Shown here in pieces: positions 19,260-28,378 of a stretch of DNA of 64,000 bases. The translations under genes were made by a program, and so were the position numbers. Where the stretch lies: the NCBI GenBank assembly GCA_965197585.1, contig OZ240215.1, positions 1,216,001 through 1,280,000 on the forward strand. The letters are read 5' to 3'. Positions within the stretch are counted from its first letter, which is position 1; every line of letters begins with the position of its first letter. The notes under the pieces were generated by a model that was given only the letters and a program-made list of their open reading frames with translations, was not told the DNA's origin and searched no databases. The stretch comes from Dehalococcoidia bacterium (GTDB lineage Bacteria > Chloroflexota > Dehalococcoidia > Plut-88900).

Positions 19260-20393
19260 ATGAGATTCGACAGCACACCCTACTATCACGTCGGCGAGGA
19301 CTATTCCTGGCAGACCTTGGTCCGCGAGATGCGGGAAGAGGTCCGTCTCATGGACCAAGGAGGCTTTACCGGTCTCTGGCTTGCCGAGCACCATTTCGCC
19401 TGGGATGGCTGGTACCGTGCCCCGACCGACCCCATCCTGGTCGGCGCTGACCTCATTGCCGAAAGCGACAGGATGCGTGTCGGCCAGTGCGGCACCATCA
19501 TCCCCGACTGGAACCCCATCCGCGTCGCCGAGGACATAGCCATCCTCGACCAGCTGACCAAGGGCCGCGTCGACTTCGGCGCAGGGCGGGGAATCAACAC
19601 CCGCTCCACCATCCAGTTCTTCAAAGAAGCCGACCGCCGCGACCCCGAGCGCAACCGTGCCCTCTTCCGAGAAGCCCTCGAAATCATAGTCAGGGCGCTG
19701 GAAAACGACGCCTTCTCCTACAAGGGCGAGTTCTACACTTACCCGACACCCGGCTGGTATGAGTCCAACCCCCTGGTCCGGGACCCTAAGTACCACGCCG
19801 ATGACGGTGAGTTGATCGCCCTCGGCGTCACTCCCCGCCCCTACCAACAACCCCGACCCCCGGTCTACATCATGGCTGAAACCGTCGGCTCCTTCGGTTA
19901 CGCGGGAGAGAAGGGCTACAGCGCCATGTGCGCCTCCCTGTCCCCCGGTAGAATCAACGAGGCCTTCGCCGCCCACAACAAGGCCGCCGCCCAGAGGCTT
20001 GGGCGCCCCGTCCCTACCGGCGAGGGCGTCGCCGTCATGCGCCCAACCTTCCTCGCCGAGACCTACGAAGAGGCCGTGCAGGCCGTTCGTCCCGGGGCAA
20101 ATCGACTCGCTGCGTGGTCCTCCGTAAACCCCCACAAGGCGCGGCAGGCCACCCTAATCGAAGAGGAGATGGAAGAAGGAGACCTGGATTCCGACTGGTT
20201 CGACTTCCAGCTCAAGCACGACCTGATCATGGTCGGCTCACCTGACTCGGTATCCGAGCAGATTGAGCGCATCCAATCCAAAACCGGCTGCCAGCACATC
20301 GCCCTTTTCCTCAACTTCCCCGGCCTCTCTTTCCAACAGGTCATGAAGTCCCTACACCTCTTCTCCGACCGCATCATCCCCAAATTTTCCTAA
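19260..20393 (+). CDS. LLM-class flavin-dependent monooxygenase, tandem paralog 3
   Basis: Same motifs; starts 3 bp after the paralog 2 stop. Confidence 0.9.
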   Translation: MRFDSTPYYHVGEDYSWQTLVREMREEVRLMDQGGFTGLWLAEHHFAWDGWYRAPTDPILVGADLIAESDRMRVGQCGTIIPDWNPIRVAEDIAILDQLTKGRVDFGAGRGINTRSTIQFFKEADRRDPERNRALFREALEIIVRALENDAFSYKGEFYTYPTPGWYESNPLVRDPKYHADDGELIALGVTPRPYQQPRPPVYIMAETVGSFGYAGEKGYSAMCASLSPGRINEAFAAHNKAAAQRLGRPVPTGEGVAVMRPTFLAETYEEAVQAVRPGANRLAAWSSVNPHKARQATLIEEEMEEGDLDSDWFDFQLKHDLIMVGSPDSVSEQIERIQSKTGCQHIALFLNFPGLSFQQVMKSLHLFSDRIIPKFS

Positions 20394-20401
20394 CAAACAA
20401 T

Positions 20402-20440
20402 CCCCTCTCCCTTGACGGGAGAGGGCTAGGGTGAGGGTGA
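20402..20440. repeat. Intact palindrome family C (CCCTCTCCC-TTGAC-GGGAGAGGG-CTAGGGTGAGGGTGA), empty MITE target
   Basis: Perfect 9-bp stem with a 5-nt loop; split versions occur at 6942/8140, 8375/8533 and 26725/26872. Confidence 0.85.
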
Positions 20441-20489
20441 TTCGGACTCTTCAAAGATCATCCACCCCACACCAGGCACGAGGTGACAA

Positions 20490-21623
20490 ATGAGGTTCGA
20501 TTGCACGCCCTACTACCACGTGGGAGAGCAGTATTCCTGGGACACCCTGATGGACGAGATGCACCAGGAGGTTAAGCTCATCGACCAGGGAGGCTTCACA
20601 GGCCTGTGGCTCGCCGAGCACCACTTCGCCTGGGACGGCTGGTACCGCGCCTCCCCCAACCCCATTCTCATGGGCGCGGGCCTGATCAAGAACAGCGACC
20701 ACCTCAGGATCGGCCAGTGCGGTACCATCCTCCCCGACTGGCATCCCTTGCGCGTCGCCGAGGACATTGCCCTGCTGGATAACTTCACCGACGGACGCGT
20801 CGACTTCGGCATCGCCCGTGGCTTCGACACCCGCGCCTCCGCCCAGTTCAGCTCCGCTGGAGACCGCCGCAACCCCAAGCTCAACGCCGAGTTCTTCAAC
20901 GAGGCCCTCGACGTCATCATAGACGCCTGGAAACAGGAAGCTTTCCAATATCAGGGCAACCACTTTACTTTCCCTGAACCCGGCTGGCACGAACCCAACG
21001 AATGGGTCCGAGATCCCCGTTATCACGCCGCCGATGGCGAGATGGTCGCCCTCGGCGTACACCCCAAGCCTGTCCAGAAACCCCACCCACCCATCTTTCA
21101 GATGTCAACCTCCAACAGTTCCCACGAGTTGGCCGGCAGACGAGGCATATCCACAATGTGCCAGACTGTCTCCCTCGGCAAGATAAGGGAAATCTGGAAC
21201 ACATATTACGACGCCGCTAAGGAAGCGAGAGGCGAAGAGAACAACTTCGGCGACAAGCTCTCCGTGATGATCGCCACCTACGTCGCCGACACCATGGAAG
21301 AAGCCTTGGAAGCCGTCAGGCCTGGTGCCAATATGCTGGGCGTGTGGAACAAGCGGGACCCGATGAAGGCCTCCAGAGACTCGTTTGTAGAGGGCGAAAT
21401 AGAAGACGGCGACTTAGACCTGGACTGGTTCGACTTCCAGAGGAAGCACGACCTCATAATGGTCGGCACCCCGGACTCGGTAGCCGAGCAGATCGAACGC
21501 TACCGTACCGAGCTGAACTGCCAGCACATCGCCCTCTTCCTGAATTTCCCGGGTCTAAGCTTCCAGCAGGTGATGCGAAGCCTCACCCTCTTCACCGAGC
21601 AGGTCATACCCCGGTTCAACTAA
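20490..21623 (+). CDS. LLM-class flavin-dependent monooxygenase, tandem paralog 4
   Basis: Same motifs; GAGGTG RBS. Confidence 0.9.
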   Translation: MRFDCTPYYHVGEQYSWDTLMDEMHQEVKLIDQGGFTGLWLAEHHFAWDGWYRASPNPILMGAGLIKNSDHLRIGQCGTILPDWHPLRVAEDIALLDNFTDGRVDFGIARGFDTRASAQFSSAGDRRNPKLNAEFFNEALDVIIDAWKQEAFQYQGNHFTFPEPGWHEPNEWVRDPRYHAADGEMVALGVHPKPVQKPHPPIFQMSTSNSSHELAGRRGISTMCQTVSLGKIREIWNTYYDAAKEARGEENNFGDKLSVMIATYVADTMEEALEAVRPGANMLGVWNKRDPMKASRDSFVEGEIEDGDLDLDWFDFQRKHDLIMVGTPDSVAEQIERYRTELNCQHIALFLNFPGLSFQQVMRSLTLFTEQVIPRFN

Positions 21624-21656
21624 GCCCATTGACCCCACCCCTCACAGGAGTAACCC

Positions 21657-22286
21657 ATGATCGGCATTGTCCCCCGAGAAATCGACGACTACGCCTTCGA
21701 CCACACCACCCCCCTCCCCCCCGTCATGGAGGAACTCAGAAAGGCGACCTACGACTCGGCTCCCGACGCCGAAATGCTCTCCGACCGGCTCATTGGCACC
21801 CTACTCCAGACTCTCATCCGAGTTTCCGGGGCCAAACGCGCACTGGAAATTGGCACCTTCACGGGATTCAGCGCCCTCATGATGGCCCACGCTCTCCCGG
21901 AGGATGGTGAACTCATAACCTGCGATATAGCCCCTCGATCCCTGGCCCGCGAGTTCTTCGCCAAGACACCCCACGGCAAGAAGATCGACCTAAGAGTCGG
22001 CCCCGCCCTCGACACCATCGACACCCTCCAAGGCCCCTTCGACCTCGTCTTCATCGATGCCGACAAGACCAACTACCTGAACTATTATGTAAAATGCATC
22101 GACCTGCTGTCACCCAGAGGCGTGATCGCAGTGGACAACACCCTGTGGGGAGGGAAGGTTTTGGACCCGAAAGATGAGAGCGATAAGGCCATAGACGCCT
22201 TGAACGACTACGTTACCAATGACCCTCGGGTCAACAACGTCCTGCTAACCCTGCGGGATGGCCTGATGCTCGCCTTCCCGGCTTAG
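21657..22286 (+). CDS. Caffeoyl-CoA/catechol-type O-methyltransferase (Methyltransf_3)
   Basis: LEIGTFTGFS, FDLVFIDADKTNY, VDNTLWGG and RDGL motifs. Confidence 0.9.
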   Translation: MIGIVPREIDDYAFDHTTPLPPVMEELRKATYDSAPDAEMLSDRLIGTLLQTLIRVSGAKRALEIGTFTGFSALMMAHALPEDGELITCDIAPRSLAREFFAKTPHGKKIDLRVGPALDTIDTLQGPFDLVFIDADKTNYLNYYVKCIDLLSPRGVIAVDNTLWGGKVLDPKDESDKAIDALNDYVTNDPRVNNVLLTLRDGLMLAFPA

Positions 22287-22294
22287 GCCCGGCC

Positions 22295-22675
22295 TTAGAC
22301 CCTGCGCCGACGCCGGACCCCGAACCACTCCACGGCAAAATACATTCCGAACGCCAGGAAAATCGATACGCCAAAATAGGTAAGCCCGTTCGACACGTCA
22401 AGTATTGCATTTACCAGGCTTATCACCCCCAGGAACGCCAGTATCAACAGGCGCCATTCCCTCCAATTTATCAGCGACAGCCCGAAGCCTATCGTCCCCG
22501 TTATTATCGCAATAGACACCGGGAACAGAAGAAGAAACCCTACCCGCTCCCGTGTCTCGTCATCCAGGTCGGGCCGGTCCTGGAACGCGGTGACGATCAT
22601 AATCATAATCACCGCAATCCCTAGCGCGACTAAGAACGAATAAGTTACGTCGATAAGTTGACGCCGCGCACCCAT
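22295..22675 (-). CDS. Hypothetical 4-TM membrane protein
   Basis: Hydrophobic helices with a basic C-terminal tail. Confidence 0.6.
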   Translation of the reverse strand: MGARRQLIDVTYSFLVALGIAVIMIMIVTAFQDRPDLDDETRERVGFLLLFPVSIAIITGTIGFGLSLINWREWRLLILAFLGVISLVNAILDVSNGLTYFGVSIFLAFGMYFAVEWFGVRRRRRV

Positions 22676-23013
22676 GACCCAATATCCCCCAATTCCCCGG
22701 CGGTCTCTTTGATGTTCCGGAAGGGCGACCGTGGCGCTTCCAAGAGGTTCTGCTGATTATACGACTGTCGGCAAACGGGACGCATTGTTTCCCAACGTTG
22801 CCCCTGCTCCACCCGCTGGCTAAGCCCTTAAATACACCTTAAGTAAGAGTCTTTGGGAAATGCGTAACAATGCATTCTGGTAGTTGCATTTATCTTTTGT
22901 ATGGTAGAATGCTCCCCAACTTCGGTATCCCCGAAAGGGCGTGGTAAACGTCTACTTCCGGTCTGGAATGGGGATCACGAAGCACGAGATACTTGGCCCT
23001 GGAGGACCTGTTC

Positions 23014-23277
23014 ATGAACATTTTCGTAGGCAACCTTCCCTATAGTCTGACCGACGAGGAGTTGAAAGAAGCTTTCGACCCTTTCGGCGCTGTCGATTCG
23101 GCACGCGTGATCACCGATCCCTATTCCGGCCGCTCACGCGGTTTCGGTTTCGTCGAGATGACTGACGAGCGCGAAGGTGAAGCTGCGGTTCAAGGCCTGA
23201 ATGGTAAAGAGCTCAAAGGCAGACCCCTTACCGTAGACCGGGCCCGACCCAAAGAGCCCCGCCGCCCCCGCTGGTAG
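23014..23277 (+). CDS. RRM-domain RNA-binding protein (Rbp-type)
   Basis: RNP2 IFVGNL and RNP1 RGFGFVEM; GGAGG RBS; extended -10 TGGTAGAAT at 22902-22910. Confidence 0.92.
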   Translation: MNIFVGNLPYSLTDEELKEAFDPFGAVDSARVITDPYSGRSRGFGFVEMTDEREGEAAVQGLNGKELKGRPLTVDRARPKEPRRPRW

Positions 23278-23462
23278 CCACGGTCGCAAGGCCATAGGCC
23301 CCCTCCCGATCGGTAACTTCTAAGCCCCCCAACCCAACTCTTCGGGCCCCTCGTTACCCATAGGTCAAACCGGGCTTTTTTACCTGCTGGCTCTACGCGG
23401 GATCTTTTGTATCCTAATCCTGATTTGACCCTATAAACTTGCAGGCAGGGGATAATCAGCTT

Positions 23463-24077
23463 ATGACTAGAACCGGGACATCTACTCTAGACATCCGACC
23501 CCTGACCCCCGACCTGTTGGACAGCATGCGGACCGTCCTCAGGGGAAGCTGGGGCAGTACCTGCTGGTGCATGTTCCCCCGGATCACCGGTACCCAATGG
23601 AAGAAACTCCCCGGCGAAGGGTCCGGCTCTTAGCGCCGCCGTGCAGCTATGGAAGACCTGGCCCGACGCTCTTACGCTCCGGGCCTCTTAGCCTTCCAGG
23701 GAGAAGACCCCGTGGGCTGGGTTGCCGTCGCCCCCGGAGCGAGCTTGCCCGCATCGAGAAGTCCCGGGCCACACCTCCGGTTGACGATCAGGATGTTTGG
23801 GTTATCCCTTGCGTGACCGTCCACAGGAATGCACGTGGCCAGGGAGTCGCCGTGGCCCTAATTCGGGCAGCGGCACAATATGCATTCCAGCACGGCGCTC
23901 CTGTCGTAGAAGCCTACCCCCCGGGCCGGAAACGAGCGCACCGGCGCCGACAACATCTTCTTCGGAACCGAGCCCCTTTTCAAACGCGCCGGCTTCGAGA
24001 TCGTCCGCGGAACCCTCCCCGACCGCCCCCGCAACTGGCTTCCTCGCCTCGCAATGCGCTTCAAACCGTTGCAGTAG
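23463..24077 (+). pseudogene. GNAT-family acetyltransferase pseudogene
   Basis: Reconstructs to ..CWCMFPR..GLLA..PVGWVAVAPRSE..CVTVHRNARGQGVAVALI..VEAYP..GTEPLFKRAGF; in-frame TAG at 23631-23633 and two C-run frameshifts (~23731, ~23917). Confidence 0.8.
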
Positions 24078-24105
24078 CCACCCCCAAGGTGGACAATGCA
24101 CTAAG

Positions 24106-24231
24106 GAAACCTCTGCCTGCCGGAGGGGCCGGGGCTGCTCGTGCTGAGGCTCTCGAAGTATGAGCGGGGGGAGGGACGTCAGGTAACCTGGATGGCACCA
24201 CTAGCGTGATCAGCATTTACGCAAAGATATC
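24106..24231. mobile_element. MITE family D copy 4 (degenerate ends)
   Basis: Body matches copies 3 and 5; ends TTACGCAAAGATATC followed by TCGAT-GGG. Confidence 0.55.
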
Positions 24232-24344
24232 TCGATGGGTCGGAGATGCGCCGAGGCGCGAGAGGGCTGAGGCCGTAGTCTCGCCGAGCAGGGTCAGGGT
24301 GATACTGGCTTGCAAAAGACCCCAGCCCGAAGGAGGGCACCGCA

Positions 24345-25490
24345 ATGGCTAAGGACGGTTTCAAGGTCATCGACAGCGACATGCACGTCATGGAGCCAGC
24401 CTACCTCTGGCAGACCTACATCTCCCCCGAGTTCCGGGACCTCGCCCCCGTCGGCGCGGAAGAGTACTTCATGGACCTCCGCCTCAAGCACGACGGCCGA
24501 GTCATCGCCCGCAACCAGGACAACTTCGCCGACGAAGGGGAAATGTACGTAGATCTGGCGAAGCGCTACGGCAGGTTTGACGAGTTCCTGTCCTTCCAGG
24601 ACCGGGGCTGGGGTCCCGACACCCAGGTCGAGGCCATGGACGCCGAGGGGATAGACTTGGCTTTGCTTTTCCCTTCCATGGGCCTCTTCGCCCACGCCAA
24701 GGTCTACGACGATGATCAGCTCGCCGCTGCCATATCCCGTGCCTACAACGACTGGCTCGCCGAGTTCTGCCAAGGCAACTCCAGGAGGATGTTCGGTGCG
24801 GGCATGGTCCCTGCCCAGAATATAGACGCCGCCGTTTCAGAGACCCGGCGCGTTGCCCAGGACTTCGGCTTCAAGGGCGTATTCCTCCGCCCCAACCCCG
24901 TCCAGGGCCGCAACTGGAACCACCCCTACTATGACCCTCTTTGGGCCGAGTGCCAGGCTTTCGATCTCGCCGTCGGGTTCCACGAAGGCACCCCCTGTGA
25001 GCTTCCCGTGGCTATGGGAGAGCGTTTCGACGGCCACCACGAAAACCTTTGGACTACCGAGCACCTGGCCGCCCACCCCATCGAGCAGATGTACGCCTGT
25101 CTCGCGATTATCATGGGGGGCGTCACCCAGAGATTTCCAACTCTAAGGTTCGCTTTCCTGGAAGGGAATTGCAGCTGGTCGCCGTTCTGGATCTGGCGCA
25201 TGGACGAGCACTACGAGCACCGGGAGTCGATTCTAAAGGAAAAGTTGCCCCTCATGCCCTCCGAGTACTTCAAACGCCAGTGCTTCACCTCCGTCGAGGC
25301 CGACGAAGCGCCCGGCAAGTATGCCATCGACTGGCTTGGCGACAACAACATCGTCTTCTCCACCGACTACCCCCACCCCGACAGCCGCTATCCCAAGTCC
25401 GTAGAAATGCTCCTCACTCTCGATTTCCCCCACGACAGCATGCGAAAGATCCTCTGGGACAACTGCGCCCGCCTCTACGGCCTGTCCTGA
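24345..25490 (+). CDS. Amidohydrolase_2 family protein
   Basis: IDSDMHVMEP, FHEG, FLEGNCSW and TDYPHPD motifs; AGGAGG RBS. Confidence 0.88.
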   Translation: MAKDGFKVIDSDMHVMEPAYLWQTYISPEFRDLAPVGAEEYFMDLRLKHDGRVIARNQDNFADEGEMYVDLAKRYGRFDEFLSFQDRGWGPDTQVEAMDAEGIDLALLFPSMGLFAHAKVYDDDQLAAAISRAYNDWLAEFCQGNSRRMFGAGMVPAQNIDAAVSETRRVAQDFGFKGVFLRPNPVQGRNWNHPYYDPLWAECQAFDLAVGFHEGTPCELPVAMGERFDGHHENLWTTEHLAAHPIEQMYACLAIIMGGVTQRFPTLRFAFLEGNCSWSPFWIWRMDEHYEHRESILKEKLPLMPSEYFKRQCFTSVEADEAPGKYAIDWLGDNNIVFSTDYPHPDSRYPKSVEMLLTLDFPHDSMRKILWDNCARLYGLS

Positions 25491-25568
25491 GGTGGGGACG
25501 CTCGTGCTGTCGCAGATCCGCCGAGGTGGGAGCCCGTCGAAGTATGAGCGGGAGGCCAGGGTCTGCCC

Positions 25569-26489
25569 TCAAGCCCCGTCTCTCGTTTCTAACTCCACCC
25601 CCGACACCCGCGCCCAATAATTCACCGACTCAACCAGGTCCTTGTGCCCCAGCCCCGCCACCCGAGCCATCTGGTATAGCTGCACGCCCAGGTCGTTGAT
25701 GGGGGTGGGCACCCCTTCCTCCCTGCTCCATTCGCTGGTCAGCTTCAAGTCCTTGTACTGCAGATCTACCGAGAATCCCGGTTCGAAATCACCCCGCTCG
25801 ATTCTCGGCCGGACGTAATTCTGCATGAAATAGCAGTCAGCATCCGTCTCATCGAACACATCCATAAGGGTCTTGGCATCTATGCCCACCGCCGCCCCGA
25901 GAGCAAACGCCTCCGCCGAGATCAAGTTGACCATCCCACTAACGAAGTTGCTCAGCAGTTTCACCTTCGTCCCCGTCCCCGCCTCCCCCAGAAAGAAAAA
26001 CTTCTCGCCAAGAGCTTCCATCACAGGTCTTGCCCTTTCGAACGCCTCCCGATCCCCGCTCACCATGAAGGTTACGTTGGCCGCCTTTGCCCCGTCCGTC
26101 CCCGCCCCACCCGGCTGCCCCCCGCTTATTGGAGAGTCTAGGTAGTCCACACCTCGCTCCTTCGCCCGAGCGTGCATGTCAATCGCCGTCTTCGGATCGA
26201 TGGTGCTCAGGTCTACGATGACCGTCCCAAGCCGGGCCCCCTCTAACAAGCCATCCTTCCCATCTACCGCCGTCCTCACCGCCTCTGGGTTCGGCAGCGC
26301 CAGCAACACCACCTCCGACAACCTCGCCAAGTCCGCCCCACTCTCGGAAGCAAGAACCCCCAGCTTCTCTACTCCCGTCATCCGCTCCCGAACGCTGTCA
26401 TACACGTAGATCGGCCCGAAAGCCCTTGTCAGGTTGGCAGCGTATATCCGCCCGATAACTCCCAGCCCTACCAGTCCTATCTTTGGCAT
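25569..26489 (-). CDS. NAD(P)-dependent beta-hydroxyacid dehydrogenase (3-hydroxyisobutyrate dehydrogenase family)
   Basis: GLVGLGVIG, DLSTI, DSPISGG, KLLSN and KDL motifs. Confidence 0.88.
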   Translation of the reverse strand: MPKIGLVGLGVIGRIYAANLTRAFGPIYVYDSVRERMTGVEKLGVLASESGADLARLSEVVLLALPNPEAVRTAVDGKDGLLEGARLGTVIVDLSTIDPKTAIDMHARAKERGVDYLDSPISGGQPGGAGTDGAKAANVTFMVSGDREAFERARPVMEALGEKFFFLGEAGTGTKVKLLSNFVSGMVNLISAEAFALGAAVGIDAKTLMDVFDETDADCYFMQNYVRPRIERGDFEPGFSVDLQYKDLKLTSEWSREEGVPTPINDLGVQLYQMARVAGLGHKDLVESVNYWARVSGVELETRDGA

Positions 26490-26739
26490 CGTTTCACCTC
26501 TCCAGCAAAAGCCCGCATTTTTCTTCCCGTGTGAAACCCTTGAATAACCGTCATTCCCGCTCCCGAGTCGGCCTCCTTATCCCCACGGGCGGGGCATTCC
26601 GTTCGCCCTGCCTAAGATGCTGCAAGTGCTTCTTTGGCGTGCGCCGAGGCGTGAGCAGAGTCGAAGCCTTTCCTGAGGCTCCCGAAGGGTATCCCAAGAA
26701 TTGAATGATGTGCGAGCGTTCCATCCCCTCTCCCTTGAT

Positions 26740-26871
26740 GAGATCTTTGTCTAACCTCCCGCGGTGGGGCCGGGGCCGCTCGTGCTGAGGCTCTCGAAGT
26801 ATGAGCGGGGGGTGGAGGTCACGTGATCTGGACAGTACTGCAGAAGCAACCTGTAGTTGTGCAAAGGTCTC
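26740..26871. mobile_element. MITE family D copy 5, in the loop of palindrome C
   Basis: CCCTCTCCC-TTGAT-[GAGATCTTTG...GCAAAGGTCTC]-TTGAC-GGGAGAGGG. Confidence 0.75.
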
Positions 26872-26995
26872 TTGACGGGAGAGGGCTAGGGTCCAAGACT
26901 CGCTGAGGAGAACGACGGTGAATTCTACAAAGCCACTCACGCACCTTATGTAACGAAGCTCCTCCCGGACCCACCCATCGACGCATTATGTCGAA

Positions 26996-28132
26996 TCACC
27001 CAAGCTGATACAGCTCGACCGCGTTCTCTCCCAGTATCTTTCGGAACTCCGCGTCAGGAAGGGGGGCAAGGTTCTTCTTCAACTGCGCCACGGTCCCCAT
27101 CTCCGCGTCGGAGTGGGGGTAATCGGAAGCCCAGAGGAACCGGTCGGCCCCGAGAAGCTGCATCATTGTCAGGCCTATCTTCTCGCTGGGCTCCATGGAT
27201 ATCCAGCATTGTCGATTGAAGTATTCGCTCGGCTTAAGTTGCATCGAAGTCTCGAAGCCGTACCTCTCGAAATACTCGTCCATCCGCTCCAGCCAGTAGG
27301 CCAGCCAGCCGCAACCTGCCTCCAGTGCGATCACCTGAAGGTTCGGGAACCTGTCGAAGAGGCCTCCCTGGAACAGCGAGGTCATCGAGTCCACCACAAA
27401 CTCCGCTGCCGTGACGAACCACCACCACCAAGACGCCTTCCAGGGATGCGGGTAGAAGTAGTCGCCGCCAAACCGGGTGCCGCCCCCGTGAACGTGTACC
27501 CCGACAGGCAACCCGAGGCTTTCGGCTTCCTCCCATATTGGATCGAACGGTGGCTCACCGTACGGCGACCCGTTCCTCGGCGGAAATGCAAGGAGCATTA
27601 GCCCCTTCGCCCCCAGCCCCGCCACCCGCCTGGTCTCCGCTACCGCCTGCTCCACGTCCATGAAGGACACGTGGGCTATCGGCACTAGTCGGCTGGGATC
27701 GGTGCTGCAGAAGTCGATCAGCCAGTCGTTGTACACCCGGCAGTGGGCCGCCACCAGATCGGCGTCATCACTGGAACTCTCCCAGTCCAGACCTAACGAC
27801 GGGTAGAACAACGCAATATCGATCCCCTCTTCGTCCATAACCTTGAGCCTCTCATCCGGCACCCATGCCCCCGGGACCATCGAGTCCCGGTAGTGCACTT
27901 TCCCCGCCAGGTAGTCCTCCATCGGCTTGTCCACAGCGCCGTACACCGACACCGTGCCCACCGGCCTCGTATCGTCCAGCCATATGTTGTCCATAACCGG
28001 GTGCTCGACCCCCGCATCGTCCTCCACCAGTTTATATGCCCGGTCCCGATACTCCGGTTCCAGCTTATTTTCGAAAAGGTCGGGTGGCTCCATGATGTGC
28101 CCATCCACGTCGACGGCTATGTAGTCCTTCAT
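26996..28132 (-). CDS. Amidohydrolase_2 family protein
   Basis: VDVDGHIMEP, ALEAGCGW and SDYPHSD motifs; paralog of 4461-5597. Confidence 0.88.
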   Translation of the reverse strand: MKDYIAVDVDGHIMEPPDLFENKLEPEYRDRAYKLVEDDAGVEHPVMDNIWLDDTRPVGTVSVYGAVDKPMEDYLAGKVHYRDSMVPGAWVPDERLKVMDEEGIDIALFYPSLGLDWESSSDDADLVAAHCRVYNDWLIDFCSTDPSRLVPIAHVSFMDVEQAVAETRRVAGLGAKGLMLLAFPPRNGSPYGEPPFDPIWEEAESLGLPVGVHVHGGGTRFGGDYFYPHPWKASWWWWFVTAAEFVVDSMTSLFQGGLFDRFPNLQVIALEAGCGWLAYWLERMDEYFERYGFETSMQLKPSEYFNRQCWISMEPSEKIGLTMMQLLGADRFLWASDYPHSDAEMGTVAQLKKNLAPLPDAEFRKILGENAVELYQLG

Positions 28133-28277
28133 ATTCTTCTTACACCCTTTCAGTTATGGCTTGTGTTCCGTGGTCCTCCACCCCATAGGGGCAACCGGCT
28201 GGTCAGCCCTGCCCATATACAGCCGGATACGCTAAGCGAATCCACTTGGAGAGTCAATACAGCGCACCGCTCCACGT

Positions 28278-28306
28278 TTGCCGTATGCCGTGCCCGACTG
28301 TATAAT
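28278..28306 (+). promoter_or_regulatory. Sigma70-type promoter TTGCCG-17-TATAAT
   Basis: Perfect -10 hexamer with 17-nt spacing upstream of ATG 28379. Confidence 0.65.
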
Positions 28307-28378
28307 CCACTGAACAGAGCCCCGGCTAGCGACCCTTGCGCCAGGGCTCTTGTTACGAAATCCCGGCCTAGAGGCTTC

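Noticed and set aside
16679-21623. Bioluminescence (luxAB) operon
   Set aside because: No luxC/D/E/G genes are present; the proteins look like generic LLM monooxygenases.
23631-23633. Pyrrolysine or amber readthrough in the GNAT gene
   Set aside because: The gene also has two frameshifts, there are no pyl genes in the window, and TAG serves as a normal stop for many genes here.
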